A stretch of DNA of 58,100 nucleotides, filler included, from Basidioascus undulatus (Eukaryota): the NCBI GenBank assembly GCA_000826855.1. It is 6 parts of 6 records of this genome, joined end to end, with 100 filler letters (N's around TTAATTAATTAA, not from the genome) between each part and the next. Parts side by side here need not be neighbours in the genome. Positions count along the whole stretch, not along the records: positions 9,316 to 20,952 come from JTLS01001283.1; positions 21,053 to 30,246 come from JTLS01001284.1; 4 more parts are not named here. One strand, given 5' to 3'. Positions 11,131-25,176 of the stretch are shown here, piece by piece; the first letter of the stretch is position 1; each line of letters starts with the position of its first letter. Under the pieces are notes generated by a model. That model saw only the letters and a list, made by a program, of their open reading frames with translations. It was not told the DNA's origin and ran no database searches. The position numbers and the translations under genes are program-made.

Positions 11131-12967
11131 CTTTTTGCAGCGTAGAGAGGGTTGGCGGGGGTGGTGCGGGCTTTCTCTCAACGCTTTCACTCATCGCTTC
11201 AAGCCGATACTCGACGATTCGCCCTTAAGGCCTCCCCCACGATCACGCTCAAATCAACGCTCAACTTCTTGTCTCCTCACGTTCTCAGTTCTCGCCTTCC
11301 AATCTTCTCGTCCTCTCATTCGCACCCGAGCCCGCTCCCTCCGCGCTTTACCAGCGCTCTCCACTGGGACCGTACAACCCTCTCTCTTCTCTCCTCGCGA
11401 CCTGCGCGTCCGAACTGCCCAGCCTCGCAGCGCAGCCGTCATCAAGTCTTCCACAATTGAAGTTCAGCATTTCGACTCCCACATGTCGTCTCCGTTCACG
11501 CTCGGCCCGTCTTCCTCTCGATCACCCTTTCATCCTCAACCTCAATATTGTCACCACCGCGGGCGCAGCTCAACCCCTCTCTCTCTCCCTTCCCTCTCCC
11601 TCTCCCATTTCCACCTCGCCACAACCCGAGCGCGACCGCCCCGGCCGTCAGCGAGGCAAGATCACCGATGTCCAATCAGCTCGTCCCCCCCTCTTCGCGC
11701 GCTCGTCGAAAATTCCGCCGGAAGGCGGGGGGGGGAGGCGCTTGGGGNGGGGGGGGGGGAGGGCGCTTGGGGATGGTCGGGAAAAAGGGGATTGGGATTA
11801 GTAGGGGTAGGATGGGTAGGCGAGGGAGAAGTCGCCCACGCCATTGAGGACCGTTAAATTGGACGAATGCGTGCGCTCGATGAGGGGCCATCGGGTCTGA
11901 GGGCCGTGGACATGCGGACATGCGAACTCAGGTGGATTTCGTTGATCTACCTTGCGTCCCGGACGCGACTATTTCATCTGCTGCTTGCGTCTGGGTCACC
12001 CTCGCCCATGGTCTAGCACTGAGCAGAAGACTTGAACCGGATGTTTCTATTTTCAAGATGCCCAGTGCATTGAAGCCTCGTCATCACATTTTTCGCCCTC
12101 TGAGCGGGGTGCAGATACAAGTTATTCCTTGCTGGACACCCAATTTCTGACGTTCTAAGGGAACGTGGGCGACACAAGTGACAGCTGGTTAGCTTGAATA
12201 CTGCCAGAGCGGATAATAAGCGAGCTCTGGAGTGGCTGCATGTCTGCAGAGAGAAATCACACAGATACAGGCACCCGGACGTATTGGCTGCAAGAGATGC
12301 CTTGGGGTTCAGGCCCGAAGAGGCAGGAAGAAACTAGGAGACTCATGTACCTTCGACAAATACTGAGCACACAGGAGTCTGGGACCGTCTACAGCTGGAT
12401 AGGGTATCCCCGAAAGTACCCGCGTATTTGTTTGGCGGAGTTGGACAGAATACAGTACTGTCTATAGAGCATTGGGAGCAGCGGGCAAACATCGGTGAGC
12501 TAAAGGCCAATTGAAGAGACAGTCAACAAACTCACAAGGTGGTGAAGCAAGATTTATTCCAAATATCACTACTGTGCTCAGAAAAAGCATAGATGGACTA
12601 CACAACAGCACAAGACAACAAACAAATAAAGGACAACGGGGCTAGGTCCCCTGTACCCAAGATGGGTACGTTGCACTGGGGTCCGGTGCAGATTCCTGCA
12701 TAAGCCCCTGTCAAGTATCGGCCTCCAAACCCTTACGCTAACGGGTTCGGGAACATGCAGTGCAGACAGCTTCTTGCAGTACCGATCCAGCGAAGATTGA
12801 AAATGCCCACACTTTACTGGTGAATAAGCGCGCTGTATTATAGAAGTCTGAAAAGATGTAGTACAAGCGAGTGGATTAAGAAATTAACAAAGAAGCCCAA
12901 AATAAGTTCCGTCTAAGATAATGAGCCGAGAGGATCCAAATAGGAAAAAAAGGGGGTGCGGGAGAAA

Positions 12968-15471
<2,504 letters not shown>

Positions 15472-15818
15472 TTTTCGGTATCGTCGAGTATCCGAGACTA
15501 GTGTACTAAAATGCGATCCGATGTTGAGAAAAAGTAGAAGATGGAGATGGAGAATGGAGATGAGGGTGAAGCCGAGATGATGCGTGTGTGGGGAAGACGA
15601 GCAGTCCGCTGGCCGATCGCCGCGGCCCGGCCGGCGGAGTCGGCAGAAGACGCTTGCTGACAGCGCCTGATGACGCAGATTTTTCACAAATCTTCTTCGA
15701 CTGCAAGACTTCGAAGGCGTTCATGATGTTTCTTCATCTTTTGCAGGCATACAAATGAGTCCGCAGATCATATAAAAGCACTGCACGCGGATGCAGTTCA
15801 TCGGTGCTCTCCCAAACC

Positions 15819-17461
15819 TCACTTCCCCTTCCACGTCGTCCCGAGTCCCTTGTAGATGCGCTCCTTCGGATCACACCATTCGAGCACTCTGCCCGTGTCG
15901 CCAACGCGGATGATGCCGACTGCTAGAAAACGAGTAAGGACACGTAAAGCTCAAGTGCAGGAAGTTTGCGCACAGTCAGCCTTCGGGACTGCCAAGACAC
16001 CGAAACAACCCATGAAACGAGCGCCCTGTTTGAGGAATAACACATGAAAGTCAGCATGGGTAGCAACGTTTCGAGAAGCTACCTAGGCCCACCTTGTCGA
16101 CCGCACCGCGTGCCTTTGCAAGGACTTTGTACAAGAACGGGGACTTCTCGGCCGTGTACAGATCGACAGTCGGAACCTGCAGCAAGCATTAGCAGGCCGA
16201 CCTTCGCAAACGTGGTTCGGGAAGGAGCGGCATACCTGACACCGGACACACCGGGCAACGCAGTAGAGAACGTTGTCTGTTGGGCCAACAGCGATGCTCG
16301 ACCATGACTCTTCCTCGAACGGCTGCAGCGCAGGCCCGTCTTTCGCGGGACCGAGCACGATGTTCGCCCTGTCACAGGACGATCCTCAGTAATAGACTTC
16401 CATGAAAAAGGTTTCAGGAATGTACACACACCTGTAACGCTCGATCTTCTCCACGCGGGTTGCGTCCCACTTCTCGTCGAGCAGCTTCACGTCGTACAGC
16501 GGGGCAGCTCCGGGAGCCGGGTTTGCTGTCTCATTGAGCATGCGCTTGAGGCCCTTATGTGAAGCGGTAGAGGCCAGGAGGAGCGGATACTGGTCTGCCG
16601 TCGTGAGGTCGAATGAGTTCCGTTCGGAATAGACGATCGACTGAACGCACCTTGAAAATGCAGGCGAGGTTCGTCATACGAAAGGGGTCCTATGGGCCCG
16701 TCAGGTCCTAAATGCTCGTGTAAGCTGAGATTCCGGTGACGATGCAGTCTCAGGACATACCGATCGGTCGACCCTTCGGACCTCTCCAAACCAAGCGTAC
16801 CTCCCGTCCAGCCCACTTCGACAGCGTGCGGTCCGCCTCCGCGCCGACCGCGTACGCGGAGGTCTCCTTGTTAGTGTACAAGCTGACATCCTCGACCAGC
16901 TCTAGATTTGATGGGTTCGGATCGAGCGGCACTTCGAGGTCGGCTTGGCCGGGGATGGAGATGACGAGATGTGTGGACGACAAGCGCGGGACGAGGAGAG
17001 TGAGCTTTGGGAGAGTGGTCATGGCGTAGTGCTTGCGGGTCTGACAATGGAATGTTCAGTCATTTTGCGGTATGGCTGAAACTGGGCTGAACTGGGCTGA
17101 ACTCACTGCAACATCTATTATCAGCCATCTGCGCAGGTAAGGTCAGTCTTGCCATTGCAGCAGTTGGGGAACATTGATACGCACGTTCGGTCATATTTCA
17201 GCCCATCTGCAATGGCCAGAGTCAATGAATGGGAAGCCCGTATCTAGAGAAGTGTAACGCACATTTAGTGAGTTCCGCGTCGTCCACCGAAATTCCACGA
17301 GCGCCCTTGATGGGGTGTATGCGCAGCTTCTCGACGACGAAGTGCTGAGCTTTGCCTCTGGAGAGCGCCGCTTGAGGGCGGAGCCAACGCTCCAATCGGT
17401 CTCTGAAGAGTATGGTAGCGACCACCAGAGCTGAGAGTGTAGCGAGTACGAAGATCGTCAT
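15819..17461 (-). CDS. MOSC-domain protein (mARC-like, Moco-dependent) with N-terminal TM anchor, multi-exon
   Basis: Motifs VEKLRIHPIKGARGISV, PKLTLLVP, QYPLLLASTAS, RANIVL, PFEEESW, VARCVRC, CFGV and GIIRVGD. Stop at 15819-15821. Confidence 0.85.
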
Positions 17462-17672
17462 GTCGAGGTGGTATGTGGTCAAGGATGAAGGATGAGCAGC
17501 AGCTCCGGCGAACAACGATAACGGTTGAGCCGGTCCGATGACGTGCGTGATAAGCGTGGGCACTGCTAATACGAAGAAATTCAATAGCAGCGTCGAGGGG
17601 ATTTACACTGTTGATCAATCTTTCAAGCAGAAGACATGTTAATGTGAAGCTATAAAATGCACAGTGTCATCC

Positions 17673-18800
17673 TCAGACGTTCACCTCCATCCCACCACAT
17701 TCAAGCACCCGAAACTTCCCCGTGTCCGCCATTGCTCCCTCCTCAATCCCAATCACCTTCTCCAGTCCCAGAGCCTCCCTTCAACATCACGCCACGCACT
17801 CATCTCCTCCTCCCTCACCCCACGGAAAAGCATGAACACGCGCACAACCCCTCCGGCGCAGGCTGAACGCGCAGCTGCGCTGCCTGCTCGTACTCGATCT
17901 GCGGCAAGAACCGCAGCGCGATCTTGGCATGGCGGTTGAACGAGGGAGCCAGAAGGCAATGAACGAGGTAGTAGCCTCGACGTGGAGACCGAGCAAGGGA
18001 AGGTGGACGTCGAGGTAGGTCACTGCGGCAAGGGGGGAGAGGACGAGCGAGTTCGAGGGGTCGAGGGTAGCGTGAGTGGGGTCGGAAGTGGGAGTCGGAA
18101 GCGTGCTGTTGGGAGCGGCAGCTAGCGGTCGTAGGGGAGCGGGAGATGGACGAATCACGTTGGTCCTAAGGTCGTGATCAAGTGAGCAGCTGTGCGCACA
18201 GCATGCAGCAGGAAAGAGGAACGACGCACTTGTTCCAGCACAGGCAGCTGCATTTCCCGCCCTCCATGCGCTGCAGGGTCCCATCGGGCCGTGCGAGCAC
18301 ATTCCAGGAGACAGTCTGCCCGTAGGGCTTGAGCGATCGTGCGACCTTGGTGGGCGGATAGAGGGCGGAGAAGTCCCATGCCGAGACAAGAGATAAGTCG
18401 ACCTGGACGTTGAGGGACGACGGAGTGCTGCAGGCAGAGCAAACTTCAGCAGATATATCGGTGCCTTCCCTCGAAATTGCGGAAAGCAGGCATCGATGTC
18501 ATTCCCCTCTTCCATCTCCAGGCCGAGAGGCTTCTCGTTGCCCGAAATACGCCTGACCTTGTACGTGTACGACAAGTGAGCGAGTCTCTTCGAGTCTTCC
18601 TGCTTCCCATCTTTGAGCTGTCCCCGAAAGCTTCCGGGCACGTAAGCAAAGAGCTCCCTTAACGGCAGCAATCTGTCCATTTCTGAACTCCGCCAGTCGT
18701 CAAACTCGACAAGAATTCTAATGAATGTTCTGATCACTGACAGTAGTCCGAGATGCAAGGCTCTTCTCGGCCAGTCAGAGCGAGCCGGACATGTAGACAA
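17673..18800 (-). pseudogene. Basidiomycete ubiquitin/SUMO-like domain fused to the 'GKPVIYL...FRVLEWGGMEV' family domain; frameshifted; 5' end uncertain
   Basis: RISGNEKPLGLEMEEGNDIDACFPQFRGKAPIYL, LGLHVEATTSFIAFWLP / FNRHAKIALRFLPQIEYEQAAQL / VRVFMLFRGV / KFRVLECGGMEV* fall in different frames. Confidence 0.7.
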
Positions 18801-20952
18801 ACGTCGTCGGACTCTGGCTCTGGCTCCGGATATCTACGCATTGAATGACCCTTGTCAACGTCCTTGCGAGCTCAGAGATTCTAGCCCCTCTCAGCGCTCC
18901 TGGGGACCGGGTAAGACGTACTGTGGCCACTCCTGGCATGGCTGTTCGCCTGGGAACGTGGTGCCTTGATTGAAGATGTAGTCTGCCCGCCGGTGATAGG
19001 CTGTGCAACGGCTAGCGTAATTTCCTCGACTATCTGGTAGAGCGAGGGCCAGAGGAGGGGCGAGAGGTTGCACTGGCGTCCATTGACGAAGGCCGTCATC
19101 CCGATGTGCATGAGGGGCTGCTGGAAAGTCGAGGGGAAGAGCGCGGCGAGCTTCGAGACGACCGTCTGTGAAATGAATCAATGCCACCGTTCCCTAGGCT
19201 TCAAAGGAAGTAGGGCTAGGGGAGGATGCACCAGCCAGTCATGGGCCAACATCGAACGAGGACGGCCTCAGCCCTGTGGTTGTGGACGACCGCCACGAAG
19301 GCCCTCGAATCCTCATCATACGGCTCGACGCAGCTGGGGCAGCTGCACCCTTGCACGTGAATGGGATAAGACATGATTTGAGAGCTTGGAGCACAGAGTG
19401 TTATAGGGGGCCTTGAACAGAATGTCTATGGGACGATGGCGGTTAGAAGGCAAGCTCTGAGGACAGGCACGAGGCACAGCGAGCGGGCGCGGGAGTTTCA
19501 TACCCTTCTACAGCGTCATCGGCTTCTCTTCAGGTGTTTTTATTCATTGTACAATGTAACGAATAAATCAGGGTATGCGTTGCAGCGAACGTGAGGTCAG
19601 CGCACAGTTGTGGAAGTTCGCATCCGCTCTCTGTGAGTTCAGCGAGGAGAGTCGTTACAGCTTCTTTCGCCATCGGTAATGTCATGGATATTGATATCTC
19701 TGAAGCCGAACCGTCAGCTTAGCCATAGCCTCTCGGCCTCTAGCGCCGCAACGCAGGCTTCAGCATGCCCGGCATTGAGTGTGATTCACAATATATCTTG
19801 CTTTCAGGTCTCTCCATGTAGCTCTTCTTTGCCCGTGTGTGAACAGAAAAATAGATTGCAGATATTATGTGAACTCCCAGCGAAACGGAGCTCCTCTGCG
19901 GCGATGCCTGCAGTGCGCTCGAAGACGTTGTCAGGTCTGCCGCCTTGAGAGGCATCTCTCCCTTCATTCCCCCATCCGTACAACGTTGGCTGGTGTCCGT
20001 TCGCTGGGAATTCCACCATAGACCACCATCCATACATGCAGCAAGAATCGAACGATACTGTTCCGTTCCGTTGCGCTCTTGTAAGAATTCCGGTCCGAGT
20101 GCTTAAGCAGCTTGGGTCCCACCGGTGCCCTGAATACCCAACCTTCTTTATTAGAATGAATAGAATTGAAGATAAGAGGGTTATTCAAGGAAAAGTGAGC
20201 CAGGAGTGAGCGTGTTCCACACAAGCGCTGCGCTCGCCGTACCCCTTCACAACTCCAACTTGCTTCTGTTCGGCCACCACTCAAACTCTTCTATATAGCT
20301 GCTCATACCCTACCACAACGGTCCCTGGGGCTGAATTCAAGACCATGATGAGCATCTCTTACTGATCCACATGCAGACCTCTTGAGCAGCGCCTGCGGAA
20401 GCTGTCAGTCGGTGCTATGGCCCGTCCTCTCCTCCGGGAGGAGAGCGTGAAATTGAGTCCACTCATAAATCCTGCTGTTCACCAACTCACAGCCGAGTCC
20501 AGGTCACTCCCGTCCCCCAGATGCCGTCCCCCGCCAAGCTGCGCTTCCTAATGATCTTCCTCCGCCGCTCCTTCCTTCTCCGGCTCGCCAACTTCCACCT
20601 TCCCTGGTAGGATGGGGCGGGATCTCGTTCACCCTACTGGGAATGGATGCTTTGAGGGTCTTACAAGGGATAAAGAGCGTGCTGGTCCGGAAGGGCGGGA
20701 ACGCGTCGCTGCTGCCCGCGGGAAGGGGTACGGGGAGGCACCACGCCATGCTGCTATCCTCCGACTGACGGGCTCTCCAACGAAGAAAGAGAAGAAGAGG
20801 CAAAATAGGGGTGTACATCCTCGTGCGTTCATATATATTACTTTTCCCCCAACCCTCGGTGAAGCCACGCCTGACCCTCTTTCCGTGCGCTTTCCCGGCT
20901 CCGCGTTACACCCCCCCCACCCCACCTCACCCCAAACTCCGCATTCGGCCGC

Positions 20953-21052
20953 NNNNNNNNNNNNNNNNNNNNNNNNNNNNNNNNNNNNNNNNNNNNTTAA
21001 TTAATTAANNNNNNNNNNNNNNNNNNNNNNNNNNNNNNNNNNNNNNNNNNNN
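20953..21052. other. Artificial contig linker
   Basis: N44-TTAATTAATTAA-N44. Confidence 0.98.
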
Positions 21053-21667
21053 TCCTCCTGTCCACCTCCTCGCCGTGCCTGGGTGGGCGCGGGGGGACGT
21101 ATGAGCAAGATCGGTGGGAGGGAGAAGGGTGGGGAGGAGGCGCACCCGAGCATGACGACGCCCAGGGCCTCAATGGGTAGCGCCTTGCCCACGCCCGCTT
21201 CCTTGTGCTCCTTCCGCTTGGAGATGTGGTGGACATAGTTGGAGGTGAGGGAGTCGAGACTGGGTGAGCAGGGGGTCGTCAGCGGGATGTGAACGGGAAC
21301 CACCACCCATTTGCACTCCCAGTCCTCCTTCTGCACCCACGTTCAAACAAAACCAAAATCATCGACTCACCGGTCAATCCCCGCCTTCCTCAGCTCGATA
21401 TCCCTCTCGAGCTCCAGGAACTCCTCCGACGGCGCGGACGCCTTCTCCCGCCCGAGCTTCTCGCCTAGGAACTGGCTGAACTATTGGATCCCAGATGCCG
21501 GTATCCGCATACTTATCAGCGGATCTCATGAGAGGGTAATATGTATCGGGGAATGGAGGAGGGCACTGGCACCTTGCCGAACTGCTTGGTGCTGGCCTGG
21601 GAGAGCAGGGACAAGCCGGATCAGCAGAGTCGAGGTGAGGACGTGAAGAGGGGAAACACACCTTCAT
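21053..21667 (-). CDS. Fungal BAR-domain protein, 5' part with micro-exons; cut by contig end
   Basis: Spliced MK|ASTKQFGK|FSQFLGEKLGREKASAPSEEFLELERDIELRKAGIDR|LDSLTSNYVHHISKRK...LPIEALGVVMLG|HGEE, all with GT-AG introns. Confidence 0.75.
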
Positions 21668-22362
21668 CTATATCCGCTCCCAAAAGCTGTATTCTCGTAT
21701 TTAAAAGAAAAATGGAGGTGGGAAGAGTGCGCTCTCTGGAGCGCAAAGACTGGGAGGTCGACTGAGCTGATGAGATTGCAGATCCCGGGCGCCGCGGGCC
21801 GGAGAGCTCTTGGGAGCGGGCGGGCGGGGAATGAAGCGGTGTTGGTGATGCTCTGTCGCGGAAGGGGACCGGCCGGTTAGGTAATAAGGCGTCTACGCGG
21901 TCTATATGGGTGTGAGTGCGCTGGCAGAGAGAGGAGTGCACGATGAGGATGGCAGGCAGGCAGGCGAGCCCAGCGGCCAGGCTTGTCGGTTGGGCGCAGG
22001 GCGAGGCTTCGCGCTCGGATTCACTTGACTGTTGTGACGTGATTTTGCACACGTTATCGCGGTTGGCGTTGGCATCGAGAATCTTGAGATGGGAGGTTCC
22101 CCTTGCATTAAGAAGTGGAAGTTGATGACGAGTACTAAGTATCTACAGCGATGGAAAGGGCAATTTCAAGGTAGCAGCAAGGGTGACAGACTATAGGCTG
22201 CGAGCTGGCGGACCTGACCCTCTGTGACCTCCTTTCACACAGCAAGAAGGTCGTTCTGCCCCAGATTGGCCAACAACAACTGCATCAACCCTTATGGTAT
22301 TACCGAACCTCAGTACGCCCCAACATCTCGCTTCTCTATCCCAGCGTTTCATCCCAAACGGC

Positions 22363-23105
22363 TTAAGCAGCCTCGATCTCGGCGATGTACCCCTTGCTCT
22401 CCTCGGTGTCGGACTTGCGGAGGATCTGTCCTCCCTTCGTCAGTGGGTTTCTAGAAGGGAGGTCATGGGGCAGGGAAGGAAGGAAACGAAGGGGGAGAAA
22501 GGAAACGGGACGGACCTCGATCAGCGCGTCGACGTACTCTTTCTGCGCGTCCTCCTTCGACTTGCCCTCGACCTTCTTCCAGGCGTCCCTGTGGATGGGG
22601 GTGCATGAGAGGAACGTTAGCGAGGGAGGAGAGAGGAATGCGGAGAAAGAGGGAGAGGGAATGGGAATGGGAAAAAGAACGTACCACTTGGCCTTCCCAA
22701 CGAAGTCGAGCATCCCCGGGCGCGCGGTAGTGTTGTCACCCTCCTTGACTGATCCCCCCCAGCCCAACCAGTAACCATCATGGTGTCAGAAACCAGCCCC
22801 GGCCGACCGAATGCAAGGCAGATGAGGAGCCGCACGCACCCTGCTTGAACAGCGCGTAAAACTGCGGCGTTCCAGCAGGAGTCAGCCAACACACACCCGG
22901 AACGGGATGGAAAGTGCGATGAACAGACGCAGATGCACCTTGAGCTTCTCGTCCTGCGTCGGCTGGACGGGGCCCTCCTTCGGCAGAGACCCGACGATAG
23001 CGACAGCCTGTGTGTGCGACGACCCCCGAACTCAGCCCATCAGCTTGCGCGCCCGACGCGCTGCCGCGAGTCGGAGTGCACCTTCTCGAACTTGGCGGCG
23101 GACAT
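22363..23105 (-). CDS. ACB1: Acyl-CoA-binding protein, 6 exons
   Basis: MSAAKFEK|AVAIVGSLPKEGPVQPTQDEKLK|FYALFKQ|..EGDNTTARPGMLDFVGKAKW|DAWKKVEGKSKEDAQKEYVDALIE|ILRK... Confidence 0.93.
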
Positions 23106-23528
23106 GGTTGTGTAGTGGTAGTGAAGTGGAAGGGATGAGGAGACCAAAGGAGACACTCGCGTTGGGGAAGCGAGCTCGGCGGGATGTGAGGGGCACCGCG
23201 CCGGGTATCCGCGGACGCCGGTTCCTCGATGTCAGATTGTGACAGTGTCAAGGGTATAGCTGTCGCTCCTGTCTGTCCTTGGATTACGATCTCTACCCCC
23301 TACATCTCCATAATCATTCTAAACCTTTCCAACAGGGCAAGAGGAGGTTGGACTTGAGTAAAGCATTCAAGCCCCCACTGACATTGAGGAAGCAGGTAGC
23401 CCACATCTCCCTCGCAGCTCTTTCTGTCCTAGCCCCGTAGGCGCCGCTACCTTCCACCCTCCTTCAGCTCTCACATACGACATCCGCGCATCTAGCCATC
23501 TATGGACTTCTATCCCTCATCCCGCCTA

Positions 23529-24376
23529 TCATCCCCTCGCCCCCGCCTCCCCCTCGCTCTGCAAAGCCGCCATCGCCTCCCTCCACTGTTCCGGCGTATT
23601 AGTATTAACCAACCACCTCTTATCAATCGGCCTGACGAGCCCCCTCCCCTCAACCATCCCCTCCGGCGCATTGACGTCCTTCCATATCTGGCGCGCAGTG
23701 AAGCACGGCCCCGTCTTGCCCGCCTCGACGTTGTACCGCAGGCGCGCAAGCCCGTCCGGCGTCCACACCGCCATGAGCGGCTCGGGGTGCCCGTCTTCCG
23801 GGTGCAGGTACGCTGTGACGGGCGCGGGGGCCGTGGAGGAGAGGTGCGCTTGGAGGAGGTACGTGAGGGCGGAAGGGGTCACGAGGGGGAAGTCGACGGC
23901 GAGGACGAGGAAGGTCGAGTCGGGGTGGGCGGCCTGCGAGACATCGGGAGAGCCCTGAGTCAGCGTACATTTACAACCGGGGGAGAGATACATACGCACA
24001 TGAGCGGCCAAGAGACCTGCAGCAGGCCCAATATCGTGCCCTGGCTCATCGAGCACGACGGACATGCCGTCGGACAGGGTGTGCGGTAGCTGGGGCAGCT
24101 GGACCTGCCTCGCGGAGAGGCAGACGCCGTCCGGGCAGAGCGGGAGGAGGAGGGAGGCGTTGCGGAACCAGAGCGGGGTGGGTTCGGACGCGGCGAAGGA
24201 AATCGAGGGGGGCGCGTAGGGGAGGAGCGACTTGTCGGTGCCCACTGTGCGAGGGGGTTGCGAGAACGGTGAGATCTGTATATGGAGGGGAGAGGGAGAC
24301 GCTGAGAATGCGCACTTCGGGTAGAGTGCCCGCCGAGGAGGACTAGCCCGCGGAGAGGAGTCGTCGGCGCGGCCAT
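23529..24376 (-). CDS. mobA: Molybdenum cofactor guanylyltransferase (MobA-like NTP transferase), 3 exons, apparently intact
   Basis: LVLLGGHSTR-M-GTDKSLL (intron 24315-24245 splits the Met codon), DIGPAAGLLAAH, FLVLAVDFP, PEPLMAVW and LVNTNTPEQW match the MobA GGxSxRMGxDK, GPxxG, D-P, PL and NxNTP motifs. Confidence 0.88.
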
Positions 24377-24856
24377 CGTGCTCGTGCTCGTCGGTGTCGC
24401 TGAGTGTCCTATCGTCGTGGCCAGCACCGCAGTGGTCGTCGTCGTCTGTGAACAAGCTGTGTTTTCCTTTAGCAGAGCCCGAGCGTTACGAGGCGGTGCT
24501 CGCCATGCGAAACGGTGTGTGAGACTGAGACGCTGCCGTGCCTTGCAGCGCCATCTCCAAATGACGCCACCTGGTTCATCCAGACTCCTCCTCGATTGAG
24601 CAACGCCTCGGCCTCAAGCCTCATGAGGAGCATCATTGATTCTTCGACAATTATATGTTCTCTGCTCCCCAGCAGTGTTGTGGTCAGGCTGCTCCACTCA
24701 TTGTTTCCGATGCTATTGACCTCCTCCACCGATTGAGTGCCATTCGGCACATGCGAGCCACTGACCACACCCTCATGAATCTGCCCGCTATTCGTGGACG
24801 CTCGCTCGCTGGGCATTCGTCGTGGGACGATGCCCGTCGATCATCCTCCATTCTTC

Positions 24857-25099
24857 ATGCACAAGCCTCGAGCTCAACTCCCCGCTCACACTCAAGCCAC
24901 TACGACCGAAAACTTACCCGAGTACAGATGTTACCGTACGCGTGGCGTGAGAATCAAGAGGACCCTGGACGCCTCGGAGTATGGCGGGCGTAGCGGTGCG
25001 GACTCTCTGTTGTTCGCCACGGCTGTCGTCAGGCTCAAGAACGAGGCCATGGCCCTCGAGCTCGTGCGGAGCAACACCTCTCTGCCTGTTCCGAAGTTC
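24857..25099 (+). pseudogene. N-terminal fragment of a fungal APH/kinase-like phosphotransferase
   Basis: IKRTL...RLKNEAMALELVRSNTSLPVPK matches the 'NEAxxLxxIxxxTxIPVP' motif. No continuation follows the GTATGC donor. Confidence 0.55.
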
Positions 25100-25176
25100 G
25101 TATGCCAATCCTTCTATCACGCTCACCTCCCTCCTCTGCTCGAAGCACTTCACATCACTCACCCACGTGACGCAGG

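Noticed and set aside
11715..11825. G-rich tract / G-quadruplex element
   Set aside because: It spans the single-N join at 11748, so the run lengths are unreliable. It probably reflects an assembly break in poly-G.
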